Of a DNA stretch of 64,000 nucleotides, positions 35,993-48,241 are shown in pieces (within the stretch, counting starts at the first letter, position 1; each line of letters opens with the position of its first letter). The DNA is taken from positions 245 to 64,244 of the forward strand of contig USDX01000009.1 of the NCBI GenBank assembly GCA_900553605.1, given 5' to 3'. The notes under the pieces were generated by a model that searched no databases, had not been told where the DNA came from, and saw nothing but the letters and a program-made list of their open reading frames with translations. Made by a program: the position numbers and the translations under genes. The DNA comes from an uncultured Eggerthella sp. Its GTDB lineage: Bacteria > Actinomycetota > Coriobacteriia > Coriobacteriales > Eggerthellaceae.

Positions 35993-38518
35993 CTACGAAA
36001 CACCGCGGAACAAATGACCCGATGTTGCGCCTTCGGCCTTGGCAACCTTGTTGCCGTCCTTCTGGGCAATATCGCGGGCACGAACAGCGCGGGCAACCTT
36101 TTCGGTGGTTTCCTTCACGTTCATAAGCGTGGTGTCGACCAGCACCGTAGAAACACCCGCCCCGATGATCTCGGGCATCAGGTGGGCAACGTCCATCTGC
36201 ACCGCATTGTACAAATGGCTGCGCCCAGTACAATCGGTGATTACCGGCATCTCGTAGCCCTTGCGGTCTTTCAGGTAGTGGGGGCTCTTGCGGCGAGCAC
36301 ACTCAGCACACTTCTGATTACAGGGGCCCTGGCTCATAAGCAAGCAATGCTCGGTAACCATGAGCTCGGTCTGACCCATGATGGTAAGGCCCAAAGGCAT
36401 GGGTGCCATGTCGCCCAGCTCTTCGATCTGCACCAGCGAAAGCTCGGGAGAGAGCCATACGCGCTGTGCGCCCAGGTCGGCCATAGCCTGCAAGTCGAGC
36501 TTGTTCGTAACGGGAATATGCGGACCGACCTCAGGAGCAGCGCCCATTTCCGTAGCGTGGAGAAGCTGGCCAAGATTTTCAACCATAACCGGCTTATCTG
36601 CCTTTACGCGTTTCCAGATATCGAAGCCGTTGCGCTTCTCTTCGTCGAACATCTGCGAAACGGTAGGCAATACCGGAATGCATTGCTTGGGATATCCAGC
36701 TTGCTCGGCAGTATCGGAAAGCTGACCCGCGATAACAGCTTCTCCGCGACGGTAATTTGCCGCAGGTACGTAAATCAAGTCAGCACCAGCGCGCTTTGCG
36801 GCGCGGGCGCAGGCAGGATTCGTAGCCAAAGCCGCAACCTTGCACCAACCCTTGCGAACGACAGGGGCAAAGGCTCGACTGGGCGTGCGTTCAAGCTTGC
36901 GAGCATGATAATGCGCAAGAATTGCTTCCTGGAGTTCTTCGGCAGCACGGGCACGGAGCTTATGCAGCATCGAAAAGCCCATGCCTACACCTTCGTCCAA
37001 GTCAATATCGAGCGAAGAAAGGTAAAACGGCGTGGCTCCCATGCGGTCGATGTGCTCGCGCACCTCTTCTTCGGTGATGGCTTTGGTGCGCGCAGCCTCC
37101 ACCTCAGGGCCTTCGACGGTAACGCTTGCATCGCCAGCAGCTGCCGTAAAGGTAAGCAGAGCGGGCTGCCCAATATGGAGTTCGGCATGGGCACAAACGG
37201 CGACGGAAGGAAGCTTATCGTCATCCACGAAAGCAGCCTCAGCGTTGCGCACGCGGAACACGCGGTCGCCCTTGCCCACGGCACGCTCCACCGGGAAGAA
37301 GACGCGACCCGCTCGATCGGTTTTGAATTCGCCAATGGTATGCACGAAGTGGCCGCGATTGGTCCAGAATTCGATCAGGTCACCAACATGCAGCTCGGTT
37401 TCGGGGTCGATGAATACCAAGCCCTCACGTACCTTGGCAACACGACCAACGAACACGCCACGATTGTTCGGGCGCCCATAGCTCATGATTTCATTGCCAC
37501 GCTTACCCTTCAGGTAAGCCGTAGTAAACCCACGAGAGAAAGCTTCGGAAAGGACGTTCGTCTCCTCTTCGCTTGCGCGAAGCTCGGGAGCGTCAGACGC
37601 AACAACAGAGTCGATGCCGTCACGGGCAATAGCTCCCTCAACGCGGTCGATCACCGCACGGTACACCCCTACTACAGCCTGCACGTATTCAGGCGATTTC
37701 ATGCGACCTTCGATTTTGAGCGAAGCCACACCCACCTGCAGGAGTTCGGGAATGAGGTTTGCCGTGCACAGGTCTTTCGGAGAAAGCAGATGCTCGCCTG
37801 GAGCATCGAGGGTTTTGCGCAGAGCGCGATTGTGCAGCTCGTATGGCAAACGGCACGCCTGGGCACAACGGCCGCGATTGGCGGAACGACCGCCCACCAG
37901 CGACGACATGAAGCACTGGCCCGAATAGCAAATGCATAGTGCGCCATGGGCGAACGACTCAAGTTCGACACCAAGCTCTTCTGCATGCTCATGCAAACGG
38001 GCAATTTCATCCAAGGAAAGCTCACGGGCAAGCGTTACGCGCGTGGCACCCAGCGCGGCGGCTGCGCGTAGGCCGTCTTCATCATGAATGTTCATCTGAG
38101 TGGATACATGGACCTCCACATCGGGCATGATGCGGGATAGCTCGATGGAGATACCGATATCCTGCACGATAAAGGCATCTACGCCACAGCGATAAGCCTG
38201 ACGAGCAAGCTCCAAAGCATCGGGAAGCTCTGAGGGCAGCACTACGGTATTCAGCGTAAGATAGATCTTCACACCGCGAAGATGCGCGTAATCGCAGGCT
38301 TCCGCCAAGTTTTCGAGCGAGAAATTATCGGCACCACGACGGGCGTTGAAATGACCTGCGCCCAGATACACTGCATCGGCACCAGCTTTTACAGCTGCAT
38401 GCAGGCATTCCATGTTGCCAGCGGGGGCCAAAAGCTCCACATTCTTCGAACAAGGACCAGCTATCACGCCAGCTTCGGGCTGCACATTGGCTTCCTTGTT
38501 CATGGTTTCGTTAGTCAT
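35993..38518 (-). CDS. Peptidase U32 family protein, long form (RlhA-like RNA hydroxylation)
   Basis: ELLAPAG, HGALCICYSGQC..SANRGRCAQACR and LKIEGRMK motifs. Confidence 0.88.
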   Translation of the reverse strand: MTNETMNKEANVQPEAGVIAGPCSKNVELLAPAGNMECLHAAVKAGADAVYLGAGHFNARRGADNFSLENLAEACDYAHLRGVKIYLTLNTVVLPSELPDALELARQAYRCGVDAFIVQDIGISIELSRIMPDVEVHVSTQMNIHDEDGLRAAAALGATRVTLARELSLDEIARLHEHAEELGVELESFAHGALCICYSGQCFMSSLVGGRSANRGRCAQACRLPYELHNRALRKTLDAPGEHLLSPKDLCTANLIPELLQVGVASLKIEGRMKSPEYVQAVVGVYRAVIDRVEGAIARDGIDSVVASDAPELRASEEETNVLSEAFSRGFTTAYLKGKRGNEIMSYGRPNNRGVFVGRVAKVREGLVFIDPETELHVGDLIEFWTNRGHFVHTIGEFKTDRAGRVFFPVERAVGKGDRVFRVRNAEAAFVDDDKLPSVAVCAHAELHIGQPALLTFTAAAGDASVTVEGPEVEAARTKAITEEEVREHIDRMGATPFYLSSLDIDLDEGVGMGFSMLHKLRARAAEELQEAILAHYHARKLERTPSRAFAPVVRKGWCKVAALATNPACARAAKRAGADLIYVPAANYRRGEAVIAGQLSDTAEQAGYPKQCIPVLPTVSQMFDEEKRNGFDIWKRVKADKPVMVENLGQLLHATEMGAAPEVGPHIPVTNKLDLQAMADLGAQRVWLSPELSLVQIEELGDMAPMPLGLTIMGQTELMVTEHCLLMSQGPCNQKCAECARRKSPHYLKDRKGYEMPVITDCTGRSHLYNAVQMDVAHLMPEIIGAGVSTVLVDTTLMNVKETTEKVARAVRARDIAQKDGNKVAKAEGATSGHLFRGVS

Positions 38519-38607
38519 ACCTTTGTCCTTAAACCTCTTGATAAGGCAAGAAAACGGCCATCATCGAGCATGATGGCCGTTTCACTACATTGCTATGCCG
38601 CACTCCG

Positions 38608-39099
38608 CTAGGCGGATTCGGCCTTGCTGTCCGCATCCTGCAGGGCCTTGATGCCCGCATCGTAATGGGACTGGATTTCAGCCATACGGCTATCATAGTC
38701 AGCGCCACTGGGAGCTACGCCGCTTGCAGGAGCCTTAACGTCCTCATACAACTGAACATAGCTCGAAAGCGCGGTTTGCAGTTCCTTAGCACCGTTCACA
38801 TACGATGAGTGAATGTCGCCCATAGCATCGGGAACGGAAAGGCCTTCAAGGTCAGACACGCACTGGTCGACCGCAGAAAGCTGAGCGGAAAGAGAAACCA
38901 CTTCGCCATCCTTCACCGCTTCGGAGAAGGCGCCCATGTTTGTATTCAGGGTTTCCATGATGGTGTTGACCGAAGACATGTACTGACGGTTCTGCGTTTG
39001 GGCATCCGTCTGCTCATTGTTGCTTGCACAGCCAACAAGCGCCGCCAAACAGGCAAGGCAAAATGCCGCAATTACCAGAAAACGTGCTTTCGTTTTCAT
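38608..39099 (-). CDS. Putative lipoprotein
   Basis: MKTKARF..LVGC lipobox. Confidence 0.8.
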   Translation of the reverse strand: MKTKARFLVIAAFCLACLAALVGCASNNEQTDAQTQNRQYMSSVNTIMETLNTNMGAFSEAVKDGEVVSLSAQLSAVDQCVSDLEGLSVPDAMGDIHSSYVNGAKELQTALSSYVQLYEDVKAPASGVAPSGADYDSRMAEIQSHYDAGIKALQDADSKAESA

Positions 39100-39236
39100 A
39101 AGATCCTTCCGAGTAAAAACCAGCAAAGCCAAAGGGCTTTACATTCCTTTCTATTAAAAACGCTCTTTGCCACCTGCGTGCTTGCGTTTGACGTTCTACC
39201 CGAAGAATCCACAGCCTGTCGTTGTTTCAGCAAAAC

Positions 39237-39268
39237 AAAAAGGCGCACCCCCTTCAGGATGCGCCTTT
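39237..39268 (-). terminator. Terminator after the PBP gene
   Basis: AAAGGCGCA..TGCGCCTTT hairpin with a T-tract on minus. Confidence 0.7.
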
Positions 39269-39273
39269 AAAAG

Positions 39274-41457
39274 TTAATCTTCTCCGGTGCCGCCAGAGCC
39301 AGCTTCACCGCCAGAGCCAGAGCCTCCGTTGCCGCCACCCGAGGTTCCGCCGCTGCTGCCGCCGGTCGAGCCGCCGCTGCTAGAGCCAGAGCCCGAACTC
39401 GTGCCGCTTCCGCCGCTCGAGGTGCCGCCGCTCGGGGTTGTAGCGCCCTTATCAGGCTCATTAGTGCCTGGCTGCCCATTATTCGTGGTATCGGAAGCTG
39501 ACGTGCCGTCCGTCATCTCTGTATCGCCTTCATGCTCAGGGGACGAACCAGTGCTTCCGCTGCCATTGCCAAAGTCTGTTGTGTTGTAGGTGAGCTTCGT
39601 GTCGGATGTCGGGAACTGCTCGATGGGCTGACCTGCAAGAACTTGGCTCATAAAGCTGCCATACACACCATCGCACGCAACCGAAGAAGGCATACGGACC
39701 TCATCACGGCCACCGATCCACACTGCGGTGGAAAGCTGCGGAGTGATGCCGCAGAACCACTTATCGCGCCAATTCTCGGAAGTACCCGTTTTGCCCGCCA
39801 CCGGCTGCCCGTTGCTGATGCTTGCTCCACGGCCAGTACCGTTGGTAACAACACCCTTCATTACATCGGTTGCAGCCTGAGTGAGTGCCGTATCAAGAAC
39901 CTTTTCGCCCTTGGTGTCAGCCTGGAAGATAGTGATGCCATCGGAGTCCTTGATGGATTCGATGCACACCGCTTCACGCCTGGTGCCACCATTGGCAATG
40001 GTGGCATACGCCTGGGCCATTTCGCGCACCGTAACCTCTTCGGAGCCCAGCGTAATGGAAGGATAGGCGTCCAACTCGGACTCGATGCCGCACTTCTTCG
40101 CCATGTCCGCTACCTTCTCAGGACCGATTTCGGTACACAGCTCAGCAAAACCAGTGTTAGAGGAAACGGCGAAAGCACTTCGGATGGAACGCGTACCGTA
40201 GTCGGTGCCACCGTAGTTCTCGACTTGCCAACCGTTGATATTCACATGGCCGGCGCAGTTAAGATTGGTTTCAGGAGAAACGCCTTCGTTCAAAGCGGCA
40301 AGCAAGGTGAACGTCTTGAAGGAAGAGCCCGGCTGACGTTTTGCCTGCGTTGCCAAGTTGAATTCATTGGCGTCGTAATCACGTCCACCGATAAGAGCCT
40401 TGATGAAGCCGGTATCAGGGTCAACAGAAACCAGCGCGAGCTCAAGATTATCGGAAAGGCTCTTCATCTTCGCATCGGCGGCAGATTCCGCTGCCTCTTG
40501 GATGGCAGGGTCAAGCGTAGTGACAACCGTCATGCCACCCTTGAATACCTCGTCGGTCGAGTAATCCTTCAGAAGCGTTTCGCGAACATAGCTGGTGAAG
40601 TACTTGTACTTGTACATGCCGTCGCCGGTGCTTACCTCGGAAACGTTCAGGTTCAAATCTTCAGCCTGTGCCGCATCGTGCTCTTCTTGAGTGATTACCC
40701 CATTGGAAAGCATGCGATCGAGAACCAAGTTGCGACGGTTCTTACAGTTTCCGGGATTGTCGATGGGGTTGTTGTACGTAGGCGACTGGGGAATGCCGAT
40801 TAGCGTTGCCGCCTGAGCGATAGTAAGGTCTTTCGCATCCTTGTTGTAGTAGCGCTGCGCAGCTGCCTGGATACCATAGGCGCCCTGACCATAGTTAATC
40901 GTGTTCAGGTACATCTGAAGGATTTCGTCCTTCGAGTACGATTCTTCCAGCTTAATGGCAATATACGCTTCGCGCACCTTACGCTTCAGCGTAGATTCCG
41001 TAGCTTCATCAGCCAAAATGGTGTTTCGCACAAACTGCTGCGTAATGGTTGACGCACCTTCATGGCCGGTATGGGTTACATTTACCCAAACCGCGCGCGC
41101 AATACCCAAAATATCGATGCCGTTATGCTGGTAGAAACGCTCGTCTTCCGTGGCAACCGTACCCTTGGTTACATAGGTGCCCATCTCATCGAGATCAATG
41201 GGATCACGGTTCTCAAGGTAAAACTCGGCAAGCAATGTCGTGCCGTCGTTAGCGTATACCTTGGTTTTCTCGGCATAGTTATAAGCAGAAGCATCGTTGT
41301 AATCGGGCAAGTCCTGCAACCAGACGGTGCACATCACAACAACGGCGATGCAGCAGGCAGCAAGCGCGCCCAAGATAACAGCACCCGCAACGCCAAGCCT
41401 TAAACCTGCTTTTTCCTGGCGAGCACCGTGCTTGCTTTTTCTAGCTCGTGAAGCCAT
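39274..41457 (-). CDS. Class A penicillin-binding protein (PBP1A type)
   Basis: EDERFYQH, GASTITQQ, RKVRE, SSFK, SSN and KTG motifs; Gly/Ser-rich tail. Confidence 0.94.
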   Translation of the reverse strand: MASRARKSKHGARQEKAGLRLGVAGAVILGALAACCIAVVVMCTVWLQDLPDYNDASAYNYAEKTKVYANDGTTLLAEFYLENRDPIDLDEMGTYVTKGTVATEDERFYQHNGIDILGIARAVWVNVTHTGHEGASTITQQFVRNTILADEATESTLKRKVREAYIAIKLEESYSKDEILQMYLNTINYGQGAYGIQAAAQRYYNKDAKDLTIAQAATLIGIPQSPTYNNPIDNPGNCKNRRNLVLDRMLSNGVITQEEHDAAQAEDLNLNVSEVSTGDGMYKYKYFTSYVRETLLKDYSTDEVFKGGMTVVTTLDPAIQEAAESAADAKMKSLSDNLELALVSVDPDTGFIKALIGGRDYDANEFNLATQAKRQPGSSFKTFTLLAALNEGVSPETNLNCAGHVNINGWQVENYGGTDYGTRSIRSAFAVSSNTGFAELCTEIGPEKVADMAKKCGIESELDAYPSITLGSEEVTVREMAQAYATIANGGTRREAVCIESIKDSDGITIFQADTKGEKVLDTALTQAATDVMKGVVTNGTGRGASISNGQPVAGKTGTSENWRDKWFCGITPQLSTAVWIGGRDEVRMPSSVACDGVYGSFMSQVLAGQPIEQFPTSDTKLTYNTTDFGNGSGSTGSSPEHEGDTEMTDGTSASDTTNNGQPGTNEPDKGATTPSGGTSSGGSGTSSGSGSSSGGSTGGSSGGTSGGGNGGSGSGGEAGSGGTGED

Positions 41458-41573
41458 CGAACCTCCCTAAATACAGTTCTTTGCATTTTATCACGCTTGA
41501 CGTTGCCGCCACCAAACTGCACAAACCATGGATCTTGAATAGAAATGGCATCATAAACCAATCGATACAACAA

Positions 41574-41606
41574 GAAAGCCGCAGCACCTAAGGCACTGCG
41601 GCTTTC
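41574..41606 (-). terminator. Terminator after argH
   Basis: GAAAGCCGCAG..CTGCGGCTTTC. Confidence 0.75.
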
Positions 41607-41629
41607 CAATTACCGTTTTGGGGAATTTG

Positions 41630-43021
<1,392 letters not shown>

Positions 43022-43157
43022 AATATGAGCTCCTAACCTTAAAGAACTGCGCCCTATACGAGTATTGCTTGATTAACGTTCCAATAATAACAAAACAGGA
43101 CCCTTCCCTCTTTACGAAGGAAAGGCTCTGAATGCCCGCTTTTTCAGGGGAGGCAAT

Positions 43158-44177
43158 TTACTCGCCTACCGTTTCATACAAAATGATTGATTCCAACTCA
43201 TCTGAAATCCACTCAGGCTCATCAATGCGAAGAGACTGATCGGCCTCGCATAAGGCGATTCTTTCGTTGTATTTCCGAATAAGCCGAGCTACGCCACGAC
43301 GAATGCCACTTGCACTGAATCCTGAAATTTCTTCGATATTCGTTCCGACAAAAGTTTCTATGCTCTGAACTCCAACTTTGCCATCCAGCCCCTCGGACTT
43401 GAACAAACCCGAGGCAAACGAAACCTCAGAAGCTGGAACAAGAACCACTGACCTGTAGCCATTTCTGCCGTTCTCGATAACACGATTTATCAGCTTAGCA
43501 GAGGGCGATACCGTAACATGAAATGCCGTATTCCCTAATTGGAAGTCACCTTGCCTGCCTGTCTGTACGTCAGCTGCATTTGCATTATCCATTCCGACAA
43601 ACGCATTCGGAAACCGTAAAGTCAACTTCGCCCCAACAAGATGCTGGGCAACAGCGCCCGTAGGTTTATCGTTCCTGCTCTTCGCGACTTCAAAAATATC
43701 GTCCACAATCTTCGACACAGGTTTTGAGGGGTCGATAGGAACCTGCAAGCATTTCTTATCGAAAAAATCTTTTCCGATACACTTTACAAAATACCTCTGC
43801 AAAGAGGTCGCCGCTGCTTCCCTGCATTCGGGATTGTTTCCAGCATCCCCCAACGCGTCATTAATTAGCGCCGCAAGCTCAATAGCCTGCTTCAATGTGC
43901 CCCTGGAAGTTCTTCCTCCCTCTGACGTAAAAGGCCTATTTTCACCATTGTCAATCAGAACTTTTCTTACAAAAGACCCACTTAAACCTCTAACTTGGCT
44001 GCCGTTTTTAGTACTGACATTCTCAGTCGTAAGGGGATAGTTCCGTTTCAAAAGCTCCGCAACCGCTATCCCCGCCGTCATTACATTGGTATTGACCCTC
44101 CCTTTCTTACGGTGAGATTCATACCAATTTTCCGCAATATCGTTCAATAAGGATACCTGATCAGCATACTTCCACAT
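43158..44177 (-). CDS. DUF4928-like protein, putative restriction endonuclease
   Basis: EGGRTSRG, GAVAQHLVGAKL, AADVQTGRQGDF and FHVTV; overlaps the C5-MTase end. Confidence 0.72.
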   Translation of the reverse strand: MWKYADQVSLLNDIAENWYESHRKKGRVNTNVMTAGIAVAELLKRNYPLTTENVSTKNGSQVRGLSGSFVRKVLIDNGENRPFTSEGGRTSRGTLKQAIELAALINDALGDAGNNPECREAAATSLQRYFVKCIGKDFFDKKCLQVPIDPSKPVSKIVDDIFEVAKSRNDKPTGAVAQHLVGAKLTLRFPNAFVGMDNANAADVQTGRQGDFQLGNTAFHVTVSPSAKLINRVIENGRNGYRSVVLVPASEVSFASGLFKSEGLDGKVGVQSIETFVGTNIEEISGFSASGIRRGVARLIRKYNERIALCEADQSLRIDEPEWISDELESIILYETVGE

Positions 44178-45303
44178 TGACCTCGACTCCTTCATCTTCC
44201 GAAATCAGGGACGGCAAAACAGCAACCCTTAGAAGCCAATTAACAACAGGGACAGCGACAGCATCTCCAAACGCATACTGTATCTTCGACTCGCTAAATC
44301 CGTCTGTCTTGTATTTACTAGCTCCTTGGAGCTTTGCGTATTCATTGCCAGTCATCCAACGAATACGAACATTATTCTTCCCTAGAAAAACTACAGCCTG
44401 TTTAGATGAGCCACCTCGCGCTGTCCTCAGGCAACCAGCAATATCGTCATTTCGAACCTCCCAAACAGGCTTTCCATTACGCGTTCGCCTGTAAGCCGTC
44501 CGAGCCACAATTTTGCTGCCTTTTTTCATCTCCCGAAAACGAATCAGCTGACTCTCGCTTAGGGAATCGACAAACCTTTCCACACGCTCCTCATCCCACC
44601 AGCGTGCATCGCTTTCGTTGACTTTATCCGTTATCTCCGTAAAGCCAGAGACCATCAATTCTGGCAATCCTGGCAAAGGCGTTACATGCGTCTTCAAAGA
44701 AGAATCCATATGTATCCAACGAAGTTTATCGGGCCGAGCAGAAGTATCCAAACGCCCTTCACCAATAGGGTTGAGCAAGCCAACAACAAACATTCTTGGC
44801 CTTGACTGAGGAAGCCATCGCCTAGCATTCAGCTCAAAAGAATCAACCGAATAACCAAGATTGTTAAAGCATTCAACGACCTTCCTATAGTCTTCTCCAT
44901 TATGTGATGTAGCAAGGCCACAAACATTTTCAAGAATCAAAGCCCTGGGCTTTCTTTCGCCCATGCCCCTGACAGCATCAATGAAGCCAAAGAAGGCTTT
45001 CGATTCAGAACCACGGGAAAGCCCCTCCCTTTTACCCGCAAGAGAGAGATTGGTGCAAGGGCTCGAAGCCCATGCGATATCGGCAGACGGAATATCAAGT
45101 GGATTTAAGTTGAATACGTCATCGCAAATCAGGTGCTCCCCGCCCCATTGCTGCCGGTATAGCATGCACTTGGTTTTATCAATGTCGTTCGCCCAAATGG
45201 TCTTAACCCCCGCTTGGGCCATGCCGGCTCGCGCAAGTCCAATGCCAGAAAAAAACTCAATTGCCGTCTTTGGAGCAGAAATATCTATAACTTTGTTTTT
45301 CAC
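44161..45303 (-). CDS. DNA (cytosine-5) methyltransferase
   Basis: EFFSGIG, SPC, ENV, QSRPR and AFGDAV motifs; GTG start at 45303 after GAAGGAG. Confidence 0.93.
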   Translation of the reverse strand: MKNKVIDISAPKTAIEFFSGIGLARAGMAQAGVKTIWANDIDKTKCMLYRQQWGGEHLICDDVFNLNPLDIPSADIAWASSPCTNLSLAGKREGLSRGSESKAFFGFIDAVRGMGERKPRALILENVCGLATSHNGEDYRKVVECFNNLGYSVDSFELNARRWLPQSRPRMFVVGLLNPIGEGRLDTSARPDKLRWIHMDSSLKTHVTPLPGLPELMVSGFTEITDKVNESDARWWDEERVERFVDSLSESQLIRFREMKKGSKIVARTAYRRTRNGKPVWEVRNDDIAGCLRTARGGSSKQAVVFLGKNNVRIRWMTGNEYAKLQGASKYKTDGFSESKIQYAFGDAVAVPVVNWLLRVAVLPSLISEDEGVEVNVEVC

Positions 45304-45339
45304 GTAATTCGCTCCTTCCAATAGCAATAGCTACTATAT

Positions 45340-45353
45340 CGAACATTTGTACT
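45340..45353. promoter_or_regulatory. Possible LexA box CGAAC-ATTT-GTACT
   Basis: One mismatch to the GAAC-N4-GTTC core, just upstream of the MTase. Confidence 0.45.
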
Positions 45354-45586
45354 TAAATCTATCAAAGCAGCATTAGATATATCGTTTTTCGCGCAAACGA
45401 TAATCCCTTCAAGCCTAATCAATGCCTAGGTGCAGTTCCGCTAGAAAAAGAGGAACAAAAAGGGGCAAGGCATCGGCCTTCGCGCCATGCCTTGCCCTTT
45501 GGGGGTTTCCCTGCGCCGTCAGAATCGCGCGCAGCGTCATCACGGTTTAAGCGAACATTGCGCTGTTCATAGAACAGCGCAATCGA

Positions 45587-46810
45587 TTATTCGCCGTCGG
45601 TAACACCCTGCTCGCGGCGGTTCTTAGCCCAAACCTTGGTGGACAGGCCGTACAGGTCGATGAAGCCCTTAGCTGCCTTGTGGTTGAAGGTGTCGGCTGC
45701 ATCGTAGGTAGCCAGACCGTAATCATAGAGGCTGAAGTCGGACTTGCGGCCGGTAACGGTGCAGTTGCCCTTATAGAACTTCAGGCGAACGGTGCCGGTT
45801 ACACACTGCTGAGTGGTTGCCATGAAAGCATCAACAGCATGCTTGAGGGGGCTGAACCACTGGCCGTTGTATACCATGGTTGCCCAGTCATGCTCGAGGT
45901 GCAGCTTGTAGCGCAGAACCTCGCGCTCGAGGCACATATCCTCAAGGCCACGATGAGCAACGATCAGAGCCAGAGCGCCGGGAGCTTCGTAGCATTCACG
46001 GCTCTTAACGCCGATCATACGGTTCTCGATCATGTCGATGCGGCCAAAGCCGTTAGCGCCAGCGATCTGGTTCATCTTTGCGATGATGTCCAGGTAGCTC
46101 ATCTGCTCGCCGTCGATAGCAACAGGCAAACCAGCCTTGAACTCAACCTCGATCTCGGTAGCCTCTTCAGGAGCCTTTTCGGGATCGGTGGTCATGGTGT
46201 AGATGTCCAGCGGAGGACGGTTCATCGGGTCTTCCAGAACGCCACACTCGATTGCGCGGCCCCACAGGTTGTCGTCAATGGAGTAAGGCTTGCTCTTGGT
46301 GGTAGGAACGGTAACGCCATGAGCCTCTGCCCAGTCCATTTCCTCCTGGCGAGTGTGCATATCCCACTCGCGAACGGGAGCAATGATTTCCAGCGTAGGA
46401 TCAAGAGCCTGGATGGAGGTCTCGAAACGAACCTGGTCGTTGCCCTTGCCGGTGCAGCCATGAGCAACGTACTTGGCGCCGTACTTATGGGCGGTATCTA
46501 CCAAATACTTGGAGATCAGCGGACGAGAGAGAGCGGAAACCAGCGGATACTTGTTCTCGAAGTTGGCGTTGGCATAGAGAGCCTTGGACAGATAATCTGC
46601 GGCAAAGTCTTCGCGCATGTCAGCGATGATGCAGTCGATTGCACCCGTTTCCAGAGCGCGCTGCTTAACCTGCTCGAGGCCTTCGTGCTCCTGGCCAACT
46701 TCGCCTACTACGGCAATAACGTCAAGGTTCTTTTCGTCCTGCAGCCACTTGATGCAGACGCTGGTGTCCAGACCACCAGAATATGCGAGTACGCACTTAT
46801 CCTTTGCCAT
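45587..46810 (-). CDS. argG: Argininosuccinate synthase
   Basis: AYSGGLDTS and HGCTGKGNDQVRF motifs. Confidence 0.97.
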   Translation of the reverse strand: MAKDKCVLAYSGGLDTSVCIKWLQDEKNLDVIAVVGEVGQEHEGLEQVKQRALETGAIDCIIADMREDFAADYLSKALYANANFENKYPLVSALSRPLISKYLVDTAHKYGAKYVAHGCTGKGNDQVRFETSIQALDPTLEIIAPVREWDMHTRQEEMDWAEAHGVTVPTTKSKPYSIDDNLWGRAIECGVLEDPMNRPPLDIYTMTTDPEKAPEEATEIEVEFKAGLPVAIDGEQMSYLDIIAKMNQIAGANGFGRIDMIENRMIGVKSRECYEAPGALALIVAHRGLEDMCLEREVLRYKLHLEHDWATMVYNGQWFSPLKHAVDAFMATTQQCVTGTVRLKFYKGNCTVTGRKSDFSLYDYGLATYDAADTFNHKAAKGFIDLYGLSTKVWAKNRREQGVTDGE

Positions 46811-46902
46811 TTCCTTAATACCTTTCACTTGGCAATTATTCATTAATTCAAGCCCACCGAGGGGCATGGGAGGGAAGGCTTGCGCCTTCCCGAGGTTTTA
46901 AG

Positions 46903-48129
46903 CTATTCGCGAACCGCGGCGATCATGCCAGGCAGCGCATCGATCAGCTTGTCGATCTCGTTTTCGGTAACGATCAACGGAGGCAGGAAGCGCAGCGTAT
47001 GTTCGCCGGTTGCGTTCAGCAGGAAGCCCTCTTCCAGGCCCTGAGCAACAACCTTATGAGCATCGATGCCCTCTTCCAAGTCGGCACCGAGCATCAGGCC
47101 CATGCCGCGAACCTCGGTGACACCTTCAACCTGAGCAAGCTTCTCGGCGAAGTAGTCGCCCACTTCGGTTACGCGGTCGTCGTAATGGCCGCGCGAAAGC
47201 GTTGCAAGCGTTGCGTGAGCAGCAGCCATAGCCAGGTTGCTGCCGCCGAAGGTTGAGCCATGGTCGCCCGGCTCGAATGCTTCGGCAACCTCGATGCGAG
47301 CAGCGCAAGCGCCCATGGGGAAGCCAGAAGCGATGCCCTTGGCCATGGTGATGATATCGGGCGTGATGCCCAGGTTCTGGAAGGCAAACGGGAATTCGCC
47401 GCAGCGGAAGATGCCAGACTGAACCTCGTCAACGATGAGAAGCAAACCGTTCTTGCGGCAGAACTGAGCAACGTCATAGAGCGTATCGGGATCCCAAGGA
47501 TATACGCCCGCTTCACCCTGTACGGGTTCGATCATAACAGCGCAAACATCTGCCAGATTGCTGTAAACCGCCTGGTGAAGCGCGTTCAAATCGTTCATGG
47601 GAACGTGCATGAAACCGCCCGGCAGAGGCTGGAAGGCTTCCTGCTTTGCAGGCTGCGCCGTTGCAGCAAGCGTAGCCAAGGTGCGGCCATGGAAGCTGCG
47701 GTCCATCGTGATGATGGTTTGGCCACCGCTGCCCATCTTCTTGGAGTACAGACGAGCAAGCTTGATAGCGCATTCGTTTGCCTCTGCGCCAGAGTTGGCG
47801 AAGAATACCGGCCAAGGAGCGCGGAAGAACTTAGGCACGCATACGTTCAGCATGTCGGAGAGGAGCTTTGCAACCTCGCCGCGCTGCTCGATGTAGTAGT
47901 AGTTGCTAACGTGGATGAGCTTGGCAGCCTGATCCTGGATGGCGCGCACAACGGCAGGATGGCAGTGGCCCAGGCTGTCTACGCCGATGCCAGCAATAAA
48001 GTCGAGATAGGTTTTACCTTCGTCGTCTTTAACTTCCATGCCAGAGCCTTCGACCAGCAGTACCGGCTTGCGAGCGAAGGTATGCATGACGAAATGGTCG
48101 TCGAGCTTCTTTGCTTCTTCAAAACTCAT
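46903..48129 (-). CDS. argD: Acetylornithine aminotransferase
   Basis: NSGAEANE, FHGRT, DEVQSG and HGSTFGG motifs; operon context. Confidence 0.94.
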   Translation of the reverse strand: MSFEEAKKLDDHFVMHTFARKPVLLVEGSGMEVKDDEGKTYLDFIAGIGVDSLGHCHPAVVRAIQDQAAKLIHVSNYYYIEQRGEVAKLLSDMLNVCVPKFFRAPWPVFFANSGAEANECAIKLARLYSKKMGSGGQTIITMDRSFHGRTLATLAATAQPAKQEAFQPLPGGFMHVPMNDLNALHQAVYSNLADVCAVMIEPVQGEAGVYPWDPDTLYDVAQFCRKNGLLLIVDEVQSGIFRCGEFPFAFQNLGITPDIITMAKGIASGFPMGACAARIEVAEAFEPGDHGSTFGGSNLAMAAAHATLATLSRGHYDDRVTEVGDYFAEKLAQVEGVTEVRGMGLMLGADLEEGIDAHKVVAQGLEEGFLLNATGEHTLRFLPPLIVTENEIDKLIDALPGMIAAVRE

Positions 48130-48241
48130 GGTGTTCCTTTCTTTACGGATGGGGATCGGCGCAAACGTTTCCGAGCGCCGAAGCCCATCCGTTCATTTTA
48201 CGAGTTTGGGGGTTTAGCGAATACCCCACGCACAGTGTTTT

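Noticed and set aside
33697..37939. Long plus-strand ORFs (708 aa and 652 aa)
   Set aside because: Antisense shadows of tyrS and the U32 gene in GC-rich DNA; no recognisable motifs.
39280..39440. Gly/Ser-rich repeat in the PBP tail
   Set aside because: Ordinary low-complexity disordered tail of class A PBPs.
46830..46852. ARG box upstream of argG
   Set aside because: Only a half-site (AATGAATAA); insufficient to call.
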